DNA of 64,000 bases from a bacterium (GCA_963674595.2 CAXXFV010000017.1:64001-128000); one strand, 5' to 3'. Counted from the stretch's first letter, positions 30,350 to 41,187 are shown. The notes: generated from the letters alone by a model not told the origin. Numbers and translations: made by a program.

Positions 30350-32253
30350 GTGCAAAACAGACGTGATTTTTTCAAAATCTGGGGAGCCGGAGCTGTTTCA
30401 TTAATGGCTCTTTCTGATATAAACTATGCTTTGGATAATGAAAATTTAACAGTTGAAACACAACGCAAATTTAAAGGCTTTACAAAAAAGAAAATCTCTG
30501 CGGATGTTTTAGTGGCAGGCGGCGGCATGTCCGGTGTTTGTGCGGCCATTTCAGCCGCCAGAAACGGCGCTTCAGTCATCCTTGTTCAAAATCGTTCACG
30601 ATTGGGCGGCAATGCCAGCAGCGAAATTCGAATGCACGTTGTCGGCGCCAACAGTCCTGAAAAAACCAGGGAGTGGCGTGAAACCGGATTGGTTGAAGAG
30701 TTTAAATTAACCGATTCCGCAACCAATTTGCAGCGCTCTTTTGAAGTATGGGACCTGATGCTCTATGATAAAATTGTGTCTGAAAAAAATATTACCTTAT
30801 TGCTGGACACGGATGTATATGATGTGGATGTTAAAAATTCTGCTATTAATAAAGTTTATGCTCTCAGTTCCTTACTCGAAGAATATTATGAAATAGAAGC
30901 ACAATATTATATCGACTGTACCGGCGATGCTACCGTTGCTGCGGTTGCGGGCGCTGATTATATGCGCGGACGGGAAGGGAAAAATCTCTTTAATGAATCC
31001 CTGGCACCGGACAAAAGCGATTTAAAAACAATGGGAAACTCGATTTTATTTTTCGGTAAAGAATTTAATCAACCCATGCCCTATATAAAACCGGAATGGG
31101 CCCGTACGTTTACAACAAAAGATTTTGTGAACCGTCCCATCAATTCATGGGAGTATGGTTACTGGTGGCTGGAATGGGGCGGTGAACTGGATGCTTTAAA
31201 AGACAACCGGAAAATCCGTCACGAACTGCTGCGGATCCTTTTCGGTGTATGGGATTATATAAAAAACAGCGGCGACCACCCGGAATCTGCAAACTGGGCG
31301 CTGGACTGGGTCGGTATGATTCCCGGAAAACGGGAGAGCCGAAGAGTTATCGGGGACCATATTCTGATTCAATCCGAGGTTGAACACTCGGAAATGTTTC
31401 CGGACAGGGTGTGTTACGGCGGCTGGCCCATGGATGATCATCCTCCGCAGGGCATTGACGGCAAAGACCTGAAACCATGTCAGCAAATTTACCTGGATAA
31501 TCCTTACAGCATTCCGCTGCGTTGTTTATACAGCCGCAATATAAAAATTTAATGATGGCCGGTCGAAATGTCAGCGCTTCTCATGTCGCCTTTTCGTCCA
31601 CCCGTGTTATGGCAACCTGTTCAACCATGGGACAGGCTGTAGGCACAACAGCCGCGTTTTGTATACAACACAAAACAACACCGCGCAAGGTTGTCAATTC
31701 ACCGGAACAAATGAAAAGCTTGCAGCAAATCCTGCTTAAAGATGATCAGGCACTTTTATATATTCAGAATAAAGATAAAAACGACCTGGCTCGTCAGGCA
31801 ACAGTTGCGGCATCTCATGAAACCCCGGACGGCAAGGCCGTTCAGGTAATTGACGGCTGGAACCGAAACATCCCGGACGGAATGACACATCAATGGCAGG
31901 CCGATATGCAGGACGCAGAACCGTGGATTGAGTTAAAATGGGAAAAGCCACAAAAAATCTCAGAGGTTCAAATTACTTTTGACAGCGGCCTGAACAGAAT
32001 GTTGTTTATTACCGGAAACGAACGTGTGCACCAACAGCAAATACGCGGTGCGCAGGCAGAGTGTGTTGCCGGCTATTCAATCCATGTAAAAACCGCAACC
32101 GGTTATAAGGAAATGGCCCGCTGTGAGAATAATTTTGTTCGTCTTGTTCGCCATAAATTTGATGAGATCAATACCAATGCCATACGGATTGTCGTCCATA
32201 AAACTCATGGTGATAAACTGGCCCGAATTTATGAAATCAGGTGCTATTCCTGA
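30350..32253 (+). pseudogene. Tat-exported FAD-dependent oxidoreductase (FAD_oxidored family) with C-terminal F5/8-type-C-like domain, split by a one-base frameshift near 31545
   Basis: NRRDFFK Tat motif, VAGGGMSG, LGGNASSEIR, DCTGD, GKRESRR, YSIPLRCLYSRNIK | NLMMAGRNVSASHVAFSSTRVMATC. ORFs 30338-31552 and 31522-32253 join if one A is added to the run at 31543-31547; could be an assembly error. Confidence 0.75.
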
Positions 32254-33215
32254 TTATAGATGATTTTCAGACTGAGCGCAAGTTTAAAACGAATGTTGTT
32301 AAACGGCAGGTTTGTAAATAGTTTGTAAAGATATTCACCCGGTTGTGTAAATGTGATATGTGCAGAATAAAAATTTGCAACTCTGTTTTCTTTAAGAATT
32401 GCATTTTTTGCTGTTTCATTGTTTTGTAAAACACAGGCATATATCTGAACATCTTCCGGAATTGCAAGTTCGATGTTGGCCGCGTTATTCACGCTGATGG
32501 TGTGAATGGCCGGGTTTTTGAGTTTTAATTTATTTTTGAAAAAGATGTCGCGCACAAAAATTTTATTTTCAAACTCCAGCAGGGATATTGGATTATCTGT
32601 TAATTGCCATGTACTGTCAATCGGAAAATGTGTGTAAACAAGTTCCTGTGCCGGTGGAAACAGATAATAATCATTTCTTTGGTGAATGTATTCCAGTTTT
32701 TCGTTGATATAACCCGCTCCCCAGGTGGGATCGACCAGGTGCCAGACTCCCTGAATATTGACGGCGTTCCATGAATGATTGGGTGTGCCGGAAAACCGGT
32801 CTCCGATCTGATAACCGTTTCCTTTGGCATAACCGTCAATATCCACAACCGTTAGTCCGGCCTCTTTGCACAGGCTGTAGAACAAATTGGAATAACCCCG
32901 GCACACGGCTTTTTTGGTCTTTAAAATAGATGACGAGCCATTATTTCCGAATCGTGAAACCTTGTGAATGCGGCTGTCGTATCGAATATTGTGTGTTATC
33001 CAGGTAAATATGGCTTTAACTTTTTCGGAATCATTTTTTGCCGGAGATGTTAAATACCCGGCCAGCGTTTTAATGGATTTTTCCTTATCCCTGGGAACAT
33101 GAAGTGCATGGTTTTCAATGTTGTTTATTGCACGTGGTTTTTCGGATGGTAAATGTGGACCGGGTGTGCAATAAACTAAAAAAAGAGAGAAAAATAATGT
33201 GAAAAATAGGCGCAT
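32244..33215 (-). CDS. transglutaminase-like (CYK3/KY-type) domain lipoprotein
   Basis: IFTWITHNIRYD, AVCRGYSNLF, NHSWNAV, WHLVDPTWGAG = Cys-His-Asp triad. Confidence 0.88.
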   Translation of the reverse strand: MRLFFTLFFSLFLVYCTPGPHLPSEKPRAINNIENHALHVPRDKEKSIKTLAGYLTSPAKNDSEKVKAIFTWITHNIRYDSRIHKVSRFGNNGSSSILKTKKAVCRGYSNLFYSLCKEAGLTVVDIDGYAKGNGYQIGDRFSGTPNHSWNAVNIQGVWHLVDPTWGAGYINEKLEYIHQRNDYYLFPPAQELVYTHFPIDSTWQLTDNPISLLEFENKIFVRDIFFKNKLKLKNPAIHTISVNNAANIELAIPEDVQIYACVLQNNETAKNAILKENRVANFYSAHITFTQPGEYLYKLFTNLPFNNIRFKLALSLKIIYNQE

Positions 33216-33310
33216 TATGTTTTATAATTTTGTTTATGACTTTTATTTAATATAAAAATTTATTTTATTGTGTACGACAAAATTATATTTTTTTTTCAAG
33301 GAGTGTTGTT

Positions 33311-34477
33311 ATTAATTTTAATTTAAAATCCAAAATTCTCGTAACCTGTGCAAAAGGTTTATCTCCTTTTGTCGTACAGGAATTAAAAGAACAAAATTTT
33401 CCGATTATTTCGGAAGAAAAACTCGGTGTTTTTACCAGGGGGACTATGAACGATGCTGTCAGGTTAAACTTTAAACTTCGAACAGCTTTTCGTGTTTTAT
33501 ATTTTATTAAAGAGTTTAAAGCACTGTCTGCAAATGATTTGTATACGGAGCTGAAACGAATTGACTGGGAAAATATTCTGCCCATGGCCGGTTATTTTTC
33601 CGTAACATCGTCCGTTCAAACGGCAAGCATAACAGACCAGCGTTTCGCCAATCTGAAATGTAAAGATGCCATCGTAGATCGTATTTCAGAGAGCCGGGGC
33701 CGCAGACCGGATTCCGGACCGGACCGAAACAAAGCGGTTGTTTTTCTTTACTGGAAAGATGATTATTGCTCGATATTTATCGATACAACCGGTGAACCGC
33801 TGTCCAAACGAGGTTACCGCAAAATTCCCATGTCGGCTCCCATGCAGGAAACGCTCGCAGCCGCTGTTGTGATGAGCAGCCAATGGAAAGGGGATGTGCC
33901 CTTTGTCAATCCCATGTGCGGAAGCGGTACCATGGCCATTGAAGCGGCCTTAATCGCTTTGAACAAATGTCCCGGATTGCTGCGTAATAATTTTGCTTTT
34001 ATGCATGTTATCGGTTTTGAGCGTGATAATTACATGGCCATTCGAAATGAATTAAAAGCACAACAAACAAATGTTAAAGTACCGATCATTGTTACGGATA
34101 TCGATAAAGAGTCTGTTGATGCTTCCAGGCAGAATGCCCGTACCGCCGGTGTGGAGCAGTTTCTGGAATTTCACGAGTGTGATTTCCGCAAAACACCGCT
34201 GCCTGAAACGCCCGGCATTATTATGCTGAACCCGCCCTATGGCCTCAGGTTATCGGAACAAAAATGGCTGGAAGGCCAGTACAAACAAATCGGGGATTTT
34301 TTTAAGCAAAGCTGCGCCGGGTATAAAGGATATATTTTTACCGGAAATTTGGACCTGGCAAAAAGGGTTGGTTTAAAAACAAAAAGCAGGACAATCTTTT
34401 ACAACAGTCAGATAGAATCACGGTTGTTAGAGTATGAGCTGTACACGGGGACGAAAAAAATCTATAACGATGAATAA
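33311..34477 (+). CDS. THUMP-domain class I SAM-dependent RNA methyltransferase (RlmL-like)
   Basis: LSKRGYR, APMQETLAAA, NPMCGSGT, LNPPYG. The frame is open upstream of ATG 33446 and encodes ILVTCAKGL...QEL; proposed ATT start at 33311 after AAGGAG. Confidence 0.85.
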   Translation: MNFNLKSKILVTCAKGLSPFVVQELKEQNFPIISEEKLGVFTRGTMNDAVRLNFKLRTAFRVLYFIKEFKALSANDLYTELKRIDWENILPMAGYFSVTSSVQTASITDQRFANLKCKDAIVDRISESRGRRPDSGPDRNKAVVFLYWKDDYCSIFIDTTGEPLSKRGYRKIPMSAPMQETLAAAVVMSSQWKGDVPFVNPMCGSGTMAIEAALIALNKCPGLLRNNFAFMHVIGFERDNYMAIRNELKAQQTNVKVPIIVTDIDKESVDASRQNARTAGVEQFLEFHECDFRKTPLPETPGIIMLNPPYGLRLSEQKWLEGQYKQIGDFFKQSCAGYKGYIFTGNLDLAKRVGLKTKSRTIFYNSQIESRLLEYELYTGTKKIYNDE

Positions 34478-34507
34478 AAAAAGGCAGGAAACTTTCCTGC
34501 CTTTTTT
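34476..34507. terminator. bidirectional intrinsic terminator
   Basis: AAAAAAAGGCAGGAAA-C-TTTCCTGCCTTTTTT between convergent genes. Confidence 0.85.
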
Positions 34508-34514
34508 GTAATAA

Positions 34515-36395
34515 TTATTTTTTGTCTAATATCTTTTCTATTTCATCCATTGTTCTGTTCATGGCGGCCATTGTTTTTTCAAACGGATCTGACGTTGTCA
34601 TGTCAACACCGGCAGCTTTTAACAGTTCAATCGGATAATCCGAACCGCCTGCCGACAGGAATGTTATATATCGTTCCATAATTCCTTTTTCATGATTCAT
34701 AACTTTTTCAGCAAGGGCCGTAGATGCGGCAAAAGAGGTCGCATATTGATAAACATAATAATTGTAATAAAAATGGGGGATATAGGCCCATTCAATTGAA
34801 TACAAATCATCAATAATACAAATACCCTGATCATGACCGTAATAGCGTTTAACAATGTCACCGTAAAGTTTTGTCAATGCTTCACCGGTAATGGGTTCGC
34901 CTTTTTCAACCATTTCATGGATCCGCAGTTCAAACTCTGCAAACTGGGTCTGACGGAATACCGTGCCTTTGATGCGATCCAGATAATTCATTAACAGAGA
35001 AAGACGTACATTATCATCTTTGATTTTTCCCAACTGATTGTTGATGAGCAGGGTTTCATTAAATGTTGACGCAACTTCGGCAACAAAAATCGGGTAATCT
35101 GCCAACGGATAGGGTTGGGCTTTGTTGGAAAGATAACTCTGCATGGCATGACCCAGTTCATGGGCCAGCGTGCTTACGTTTTCATATTGATCGTTATAGT
35201 TCAATAAAACATAGGGATGGACGTCATAAGCGCTGCCGCTCATATAAGCGCCGGAGCGTTTACCCGCGTTCGGATACACATCGATCCAGCGGTCTTTGAT
35301 GCCCTTGGCAACAACCGAAACATAATCATCGCCCAACGGTCCAAAGGCTTCCAGGACCATTTCATAAGCCTGTTCAATAGAATATTTCAAATCCACATCT
35401 TTAACTACTGGCGCATATACATCGGAATATTTGAGTGTATCAAGACCCATCATGCGTTGTTTGATTTTTAAATATCTGTGAAAAGAACCCAGGTTGTCGT
35501 TCACGTTTTTAACCAGCGCATAATATACGTCAACCGGGATATTGTTGGCATCAAGAGCTGTTTCCAGACAGGTTTTATAGCCGCGTGCACGGGTGTAAAA
35601 CAGGTCTTTTTTTACGTTGGCGGCAAGCTGGGCGCCGATGGTGTTTTCAAATCCGGCCAGGGTACTGAAAAATGTATTAAATACCAGCTCCCGGTCCGCA
35701 CGATTCGGAAGGGCCCTGTAATTGGCGTATCCGGCATTATCAATCCGGACCTCTTTACCGTCACTCAACGTAATGGTTTTATATGGCAGTTCGGCATTTG
35801 CAAAAATACTGTAAATGGTATAGGGTGAGTTGGCCATAAGGCCCGCTTCTGCCATGATTCTTTCTTCTTTTTCAGACAAGGTATGCTCTTTACGTCGCTG
35901 AAGGTCTTTTAAATAAAAACTATAGTCGGCAAGGCCCTTTTCCTGGCTGATAAATTTATCGATTGTTTCGGAGGGAATGGCTAAAATTTCCGGTTCGATA
36001 AAAGCTGCTTTTGAAGAAAATTGTGTACCAAGCTGCTCAAGTTCCTGTTTCATACCAAGATATTTAGAAACACGGGTATCCTGATCAAACTTCATGGAAG
36101 AATAACTTCGCAATCTGGAGTATTCTTTGCCAATTTCACTGCTGAGTGCAAGACATTTATAAAGCGTCTGCGCTGAAGAGCCGAGTTTGCCTTTAAAAGC
36201 ATCAATTTGTTCGAATTCTTTTGTCAGGTTTTCTTTTGCACTTTTCCAGGCATCGTCTGATTCATATAAATCTTTTAAATTCCAGGTATACTGTTCCGGA
36301 ATTTCACTTCGTTCTTTTGATTGTCCACTTCCTGCATTGGGGTTTAAAAATAAAATTGAACTAGTCAGCATAATAGCCCCTATCAGTTTGTTCAT
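34515..36395 (-). CDS. pepF: oligoendopeptidase F (M3B) with signal peptide
   Basis: YTWNLKDLY, GKRSGAY, TLAHELGHAMQS, FVAEVASTFNE, WAYIPHFY, YVYQYATS, GVDMTT. Confidence 0.95.
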   Translation of the reverse strand: MNKLIGAIMLTSSILFLNPNAGSGQSKERSEIPEQYTWNLKDLYESDDAWKSAKENLTKEFEQIDAFKGKLGSSAQTLYKCLALSSEIGKEYSRLRSYSSMKFDQDTRVSKYLGMKQELEQLGTQFSSKAAFIEPEILAIPSETIDKFISQEKGLADYSFYLKDLQRRKEHTLSEKEERIMAEAGLMANSPYTIYSIFANAELPYKTITLSDGKEVRIDNAGYANYRALPNRADRELVFNTFFSTLAGFENTIGAQLAANVKKDLFYTRARGYKTCLETALDANNIPVDVYYALVKNVNDNLGSFHRYLKIKQRMMGLDTLKYSDVYAPVVKDVDLKYSIEQAYEMVLEAFGPLGDDYVSVVAKGIKDRWIDVYPNAGKRSGAYMSGSAYDVHPYVLLNYNDQYENVSTLAHELGHAMQSYLSNKAQPYPLADYPIFVAEVASTFNETLLINNQLGKIKDDNVRLSLLMNYLDRIKGTVFRQTQFAEFELRIHEMVEKGEPITGEALTKLYGDIVKRYYGHDQGICIIDDLYSIEWAYIPHFYYNYYVYQYATSFAASTALAEKVMNHEKGIMERYITFLSAGGSDYPIELLKAAGVDMTTSDPFEKTMAAMNRTMDEIEKILDKK

Positions 36396-36422
36396 AATTC
36401 ACCTCTGGTTTAATAAAAGCAT

Positions 36423-38090
36423 TTATTTTATTGACATTAATTCATTTACTACCGGAAACGAGGGTCGAATATCAATCGGCACATGTTTCAAATCATCGAC
36501 ACATTTTTGCATAAGCGGAGACATGACCTTGTATTTGTCAACAAATGCTTTTGCAGCTTTGTAATCTCCCAATGCTTCGATCATTAATACATCTTTTGAC
36601 AGGGCTTTTACACCATCTTCAATTTTTGAAACATCAACATCCAGTTTACCATTTTCATCGGTTATAAATGCGCCTTTTTCAAAAAGGTAATTCCACTGAA
36701 TGGCTACGCCGCCGCCGTGTGCTTCTTCAATGCCAAAGCGGATGGATCGAAGCATACCGCCCAAATAGCTGGCGTATACTGAATATTCCATATCACGCGG
36801 GAAAACGCCTTTATCAATCATAAACTTCATGTTGTAAACACCCAAAATATCGGCTTTACACTCTTCAATTGTTGAATAAAGCTCTTTAAGTTCTTTTTGT
36901 ACTGTTGTTTCAGTGCCGTTAATTTTGATAATGCCGGGTCCGATGCCGTGGCTCATTTCGTGCATTAAAACGTGGTTAAAGTAGGCATCAAAGGACACAT
37001 TTTTTAACGGTTTTTCCGCCAATACTGTTTGCACAATCGGAATCCAGCATTTATCGTATTTGGCTTTGGCAATGTTTTTCAACATTACTTTTTTTGAACC
37101 TTTGGCTTCACGAACACGTTCGTCGTTTGGTAAATTAAAAGCTGTTGTCTGAATGCCTGCTTTGGTATCGCCGGCAGAATAAACCTCGGTAACCACTTTG
37201 ACAGGAGAAGAAGACCCTCTGTTAAAGTTTTTATATTTATTGGGAATCGGTAAATGGTGTTCCATATCATTCAGATATTTGGAAACAACAGCAAGTTTTT
37301 CACTTTCTTCATGGTCCACAACACAGATAAAGCTTTCATAAGCGGCTTTATAGTTGAAAAGATTGTCTTCGTATACTTCATAGGGACCGACAACAACTTC
37401 AAGATTACCGGCAAGGTCCATCCAGGCCATGTCGCTTTCAAAATAGTCGTCTGTTAAAAAGTCTCTCGCGCGGAGTTTCAGGAATTTTTCCAGGGTTGGG
37501 TCATCTGTTAAAGCAGCCGCTTCCTCAAGCAGAACGCTGATTTTTTGAACATAGTCGGCATAAACCTGATGATAGGGGACGGCTTTGAGTTGTCCGTTTT
37601 CTCTTTTAATGACGGTAAATGTATTGGCAAAGTCATTTTCCAACTCTGGTGACGCAGCAATTGCCTGATGAAATTCCTCTTTGGTCATATCCTCAGGATA
37701 GAACCCGGCGCCTTTGGGTTTTGCTTTTGTGCCCAGAAAGGGATGTTCTTCTTCCAGTCTGTTCCAGGGTCCGAACATAACGGTAAAAAGATCAAGGTAG
37801 GGTTTGTCTTTGGGACTTGATTCCAGTGTTTTTAACCAATGTGGATTTTCAGTGTCTACCTGAATTAAAAAAAGCTCGTCTATAATTTTTCCTGCTTGAA
37901 CGAGCTTTGATAAAACTTTTTTGTCTGAATCAGATAGATTTGATAAATCGCACTCCAGTTCGACCGGTGCCAGTTTGTCCAGTTGTGCGTTTACATATTC
38001 GACACTTTCTTTTTGACAATTTTGTTGTCCGCAACCAAAAATCATAAAAAAGGTCATGAGTAACACTCCCGGAAGAAATGATTTTAACAT
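36423..38090 (-). CDS. dipeptidyl peptidase III-like metallopeptidase (M49), lipoprotein
   Basis: Lipobox IFGC; GPYEVYED, AFNLPNDE, HEMSH and EECKAD zinc motifs; start MLKSF with AGGAG. Confidence 0.88.
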   Translation of the reverse strand: MLKSFLPGVLLMTFFMIFGCGQQNCQKESVEYVNAQLDKLAPVELECDLSNLSDSDKKVLSKLVQAGKIIDELFLIQVDTENPHWLKTLESSPKDKPYLDLFTVMFGPWNRLEEEHPFLGTKAKPKGAGFYPEDMTKEEFHQAIAASPELENDFANTFTVIKRENGQLKAVPYHQVYADYVQKISVLLEEAAALTDDPTLEKFLKLRARDFLTDDYFESDMAWMDLAGNLEVVVGPYEVYEDNLFNYKAAYESFICVVDHEESEKLAVVSKYLNDMEHHLPIPNKYKNFNRGSSSPVKVVTEVYSAGDTKAGIQTTAFNLPNDERVREAKGSKKVMLKNIAKAKYDKCWIPIVQTVLAEKPLKNVSFDAYFNHVLMHEMSHGIGPGIIKINGTETTVQKELKELYSTIEECKADILGVYNMKFMIDKGVFPRDMEYSVYASYLGGMLRSIRFGIEEAHGGGVAIQWNYLFEKGAFITDENGKLDVDVSKIEDGVKALSKDVLMIEALGDYKAAKAFVDKYKVMSPLMQKCVDDLKHVPIDIRPSFPVVNELMSIK

Positions 38091-38203
38091 GTATGCTCCT
38101 TTCATTGCTGGTATATTTTTAACCAATAAATATATAGTATTTCTAAAAAAAAACCAACAAGTTTTCCTGAAATAAAAATCCCAATAATTTAAAAATAGTA
38201 GTT

Positions 38204-40384
38204 TTAGTAGGAGGCTGTTAACGTGACATAATAATGCCGGATGGGCTCCAATGTCCGTTCCATCTGTGTGTAATAATCGTTGAAAATATTGTTTACATTA
38301 AAACCAAGACTGTAATTTCCCCTGGTCAGTTGGACACTGGCATTGACCACTTTTTGAGGAACACGATCATCAGCCGGATAAACTTTGACGTTCTCGATTT
38401 TTGAAATGTATCTGTAATTACACCCGATTTGCATAAAGCCAATATGATAAAGGCCTGAAATATTGAAAATATGATTTGGGCGGTATGCCAGGGTTATGTT
38501 CTTATCCAGGTCCTGGGGGTCCATATAGGTGTAGCCTATATCCACAGTTACATTTGAGTAAAACGGAACGATCTTGAGAATAGTTTCAACGCCGGTAATT
38601 CTGGCACGTGTAATATTGATAAACTGCACGGTTTGTGTTTCATCCGGTTCCGGTTCGATAAGGTCCCAATAATCATTTCTAAATACGGCGGCGTCTAAAT
38701 AAAACAGGGGAGAGGGAACAATGGAAAAACCGGCTTCGTGTGACCAGGCTGTTTCGGATTTCAGGTTTTCATTGGGCACCAGCCGCAATCCTGAATAAAT
38801 AGAATCGGCAAACCGTTCCGACATACTGGCGGCCCGAAAACCTCTGCCCGTTGATGCCCGGAATGTAACGCCCTGATTCAGGTGATACACCAAACCAAAC
38901 TTGGGGTTCCATTGTGAGTCTTTAAAACCGGTATCAACATTGTGATAATCATATCGCAGACCGATGGTTGTGGTCATGTTTTTGAAAAGCTGTTGCTCAT
39001 TCTGAAGAAAAAAGGCCAGCACATGCTGATCGTGATCGCCGACAAGGCCGGATGCAACATGATCAAGCGTTTCTTCCGTGCCCATGGTCAGAGAATGATT
39101 TTGTGAAATTTGCACATCTGCCTGCACCTCTAATCCGTAACGTTGTGCCGTAGAGGCCGTTATATTGTCATGAAAAAAGTTTTTCCAGTAATTTCTAAAA
39201 TAAGAGACCCGGGTTTTCAAACGAAAGGATTTTGAAGCAATTAAATTATGAAAGGCATTGACATTCAATTTATTTGAATCAACATAGTCACCCAGGGCCA
39301 CCGGGTCAACTTCCAAAGCATTCCGCTGACTCCGCCAGAGCAGGGCCGATCCCCTGTATCCGCCTTCGTAATTGGATGAAATGGTAAAATTTTGCTGTCC
39401 GTTAATCTGGTATTTCCATTTCATGGAACCGTTAAATCGCAAATAATGTCCGCTTTGACTGTAACCCGTGGACTGGCGCCTGCCGAAACTCATAAACAAA
39501 CCTGACTTGCCCAGTTGTCTGGTATGGTCAACATCCAGGTTTTCGAAATGAAGCGTCCGGTCCGTCCATTGCCACTCTTTATATCCCGGTTTTGCGTACA
39601 TACCAACGGAATAGCGAACATTTGTTTTCGGCGGCCCTTCGGCACTTTTGGTAATAACATTAACAGCCCCGCCAAATGCACTGGTTCCGTACAAAGCTGA
39701 ACCGGCGCCTTTGATAATTTCAATTCGTTCGATCTGGGAGGCCGGTATAATGTCCCATTTAATATCGCCGCTGTCTCCCGGCATCACCGGAACACCGTCG
39801 ATCAATAAAAGCACCCGGCTTCCGGCGCCGTAACTGAACCCTGAAGATCCGCGAATATTTATCTGCGACCCGACAAAATTAACTCCGGAAGCGTGTTCCA
39901 GTAAATTGTCCAGGTAAATTTCATTCTTTTCTCTAAAATCCAGGGAGGTCATTACCCCGATGCTGGTGGGGGAGTCCTGAATGCTTTGTCTGCGTTTGTT
40001 GGCTGTAATGACCAGTTCCGGTGTTTCAAGAATGGTCGGCTGCAAACGAATATCAAATTGTTGACTGTCTGTCCTGTTTATATTAATCTGCTTGTCAACT
40101 TTTTTATAACCCATCATGGTGAAACGTACATTATATTCTCCAAAGGGAATGTTGGGCAGATAAAAATTTCCGTTTTTATCGGTCGTTGTTCCTAACACTG
40201 TTCCTAATAAAGAAATGTTTACAGCCGGCAACGGCTCATTATTTTTAGAATCGTTAACAGTGCCTTTAATAATTCCTGTTTGTGGTAATACTTTACCTGC
40301 ATAAATAAATATGACCACAAACAACATTATTTGCAGGATTTTATAAGAAATATTTTTTGAATAACATGTACGTGTCATAATCAT
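38204..40384 (-). CDS. TonB-dependent receptor with N-terminal carboxypeptidase-regulatory-like domain
   Basis: ELVITANKR TonB box, INIRGS, VLLLIDGVP, IERIEIIKGAGSALYG..AFGGAVNVITK plug, NLKSET, aromatic C-terminal residue. Confidence 0.93.
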   Translation of the reverse strand: MIMTRTCYSKNISYKILQIMLFVVIFIYAGKVLPQTGIIKGTVNDSKNNEPLPAVNISLLGTVLGTTTDKNGNFYLPNIPFGEYNVRFTMMGYKKVDKQININRTDSQQFDIRLQPTILETPELVITANKRRQSIQDSPTSIGVMTSLDFREKNEIYLDNLLEHASGVNFVGSQINIRGSSGFSYGAGSRVLLLIDGVPVMPGDSGDIKWDIIPASQIERIEIIKGAGSALYGTSAFGGAVNVITKSAEGPPKTNVRYSVGMYAKPGYKEWQWTDRTLHFENLDVDHTRQLGKSGLFMSFGRRQSTGYSQSGHYLRFNGSMKWKYQINGQQNFTISSNYEGGYRGSALLWRSQRNALEVDPVALGDYVDSNKLNVNAFHNLIASKSFRLKTRVSYFRNYWKNFFHDNITASTAQRYGLEVQADVQISQNHSLTMGTEETLDHVASGLVGDHDQHVLAFFLQNEQQLFKNMTTTIGLRYDYHNVDTGFKDSQWNPKFGLVYHLNQGVTFRASTGRGFRAASMSERFADSIYSGLRLVPNENLKSETAWSHEAGFSIVPSPLFYLDAAVFRNDYWDLIEPEPDETQTVQFINITRARITGVETILKIVPFYSNVTVDIGYTYMDPQDLDKNITLAYRPNHIFNISGLYHIGFMQIGCNYRYISKIENVKVYPADDRVPQKVVNASVQLTRGNYSLGFNVNNIFNDYYTQMERTLEPIRHYYVTLTASY

Positions 40385-41166
40385 AACGAATTGGTTGATT
40401 CAAAATCGAGCGTAATATTTACGTCATTAACTTTTGTAGAATCAGATTTTAATGTTACAAAACCCGGGTATATGCCCTTGATGCTGTTAAGACTGATGGG
40501 CTGGTCTTTTTCCAAAACAAGCGCAGCCATAATATATGTGCCGGGTTTAAGTGTTAGCGAATAATCCACCGAATCAAACGGCGCTGAAATCGGCATGCTG
40601 AAATTCAGATCGACAAGTGTCATTTTGTAAAAAACTTTGGACTCTACACCCACAACAATAACAGACTCTGCCATAGGCGGCCATTCACCCTTTGTGTTCA
40701 ACATACCGGAAACCAAGCTCTCGACTTTTGGTTTGGATTTGCTCAAATCTGCTTCGATGTCTATGTCAGGGACCATTGTCTGTCGATCCGGAACGATTAC
40801 TGACCCCGGATTTAGTTTGTCTTCCGTTGGGAAATAGATACCAATGATATTTGTTACGTCCCAGGGCTGGTCTTTTTCTTTCCAGACAACACCCACAGCG
40901 CTGAATTCCTGCGGCGGCGTCCATATATAATATTTTGCGGAATCAACTTCAAGGGGCAGGGGTTCGCCCATTACAATTTCAGAAATATCTGTTGGGGGGA
41001 ATTTTTTGGCGGCAACTACAATAACCTGGTCCGTATTGTCAGGCCATTCACTGGAAAAATAAATGGTCCCTTCAAAGCCGCTCCGAGTCGGTTCCAGACC
41101 CTGGTCAAATTTACAGGAGAGAAAAATTGCAAGTGTTAAAGAGATTATAAGCGTATGTTTTAGCAT
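40381..41166 (-). CDS. hypothetical lipoprotein with two internal repeats
   Basis: Lipobox FLSC; repeats EGTIYFSSEWPDNTDQVIVVA and SGMLNTKGEWPPMAESVIVVG; ATGA overlap with the receptor gene. Confidence 0.72.
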   Translation of the reverse strand: MLKHTLIISLTLAIFLSCKFDQGLEPTRSGFEGTIYFSSEWPDNTDQVIVVAAKKFPPTDISEIVMGEPLPLEVDSAKYYIWTPPQEFSAVGVVWKEKDQPWDVTNIIGIYFPTEDKLNPGSVIVPDRQTMVPDIDIEADLSKSKPKVESLVSGMLNTKGEWPPMAESVIVVGVESKVFYKMTLVDLNFSMPISAPFDSVDYSLTLKPGTYIMAALVLEKDQPISLNSIKGIYPGFVTLKSDSTKVNDVNITLDFESTNSL

Positions 41167-41187
41167 TTTTGTCGGTTTATCTTGATT

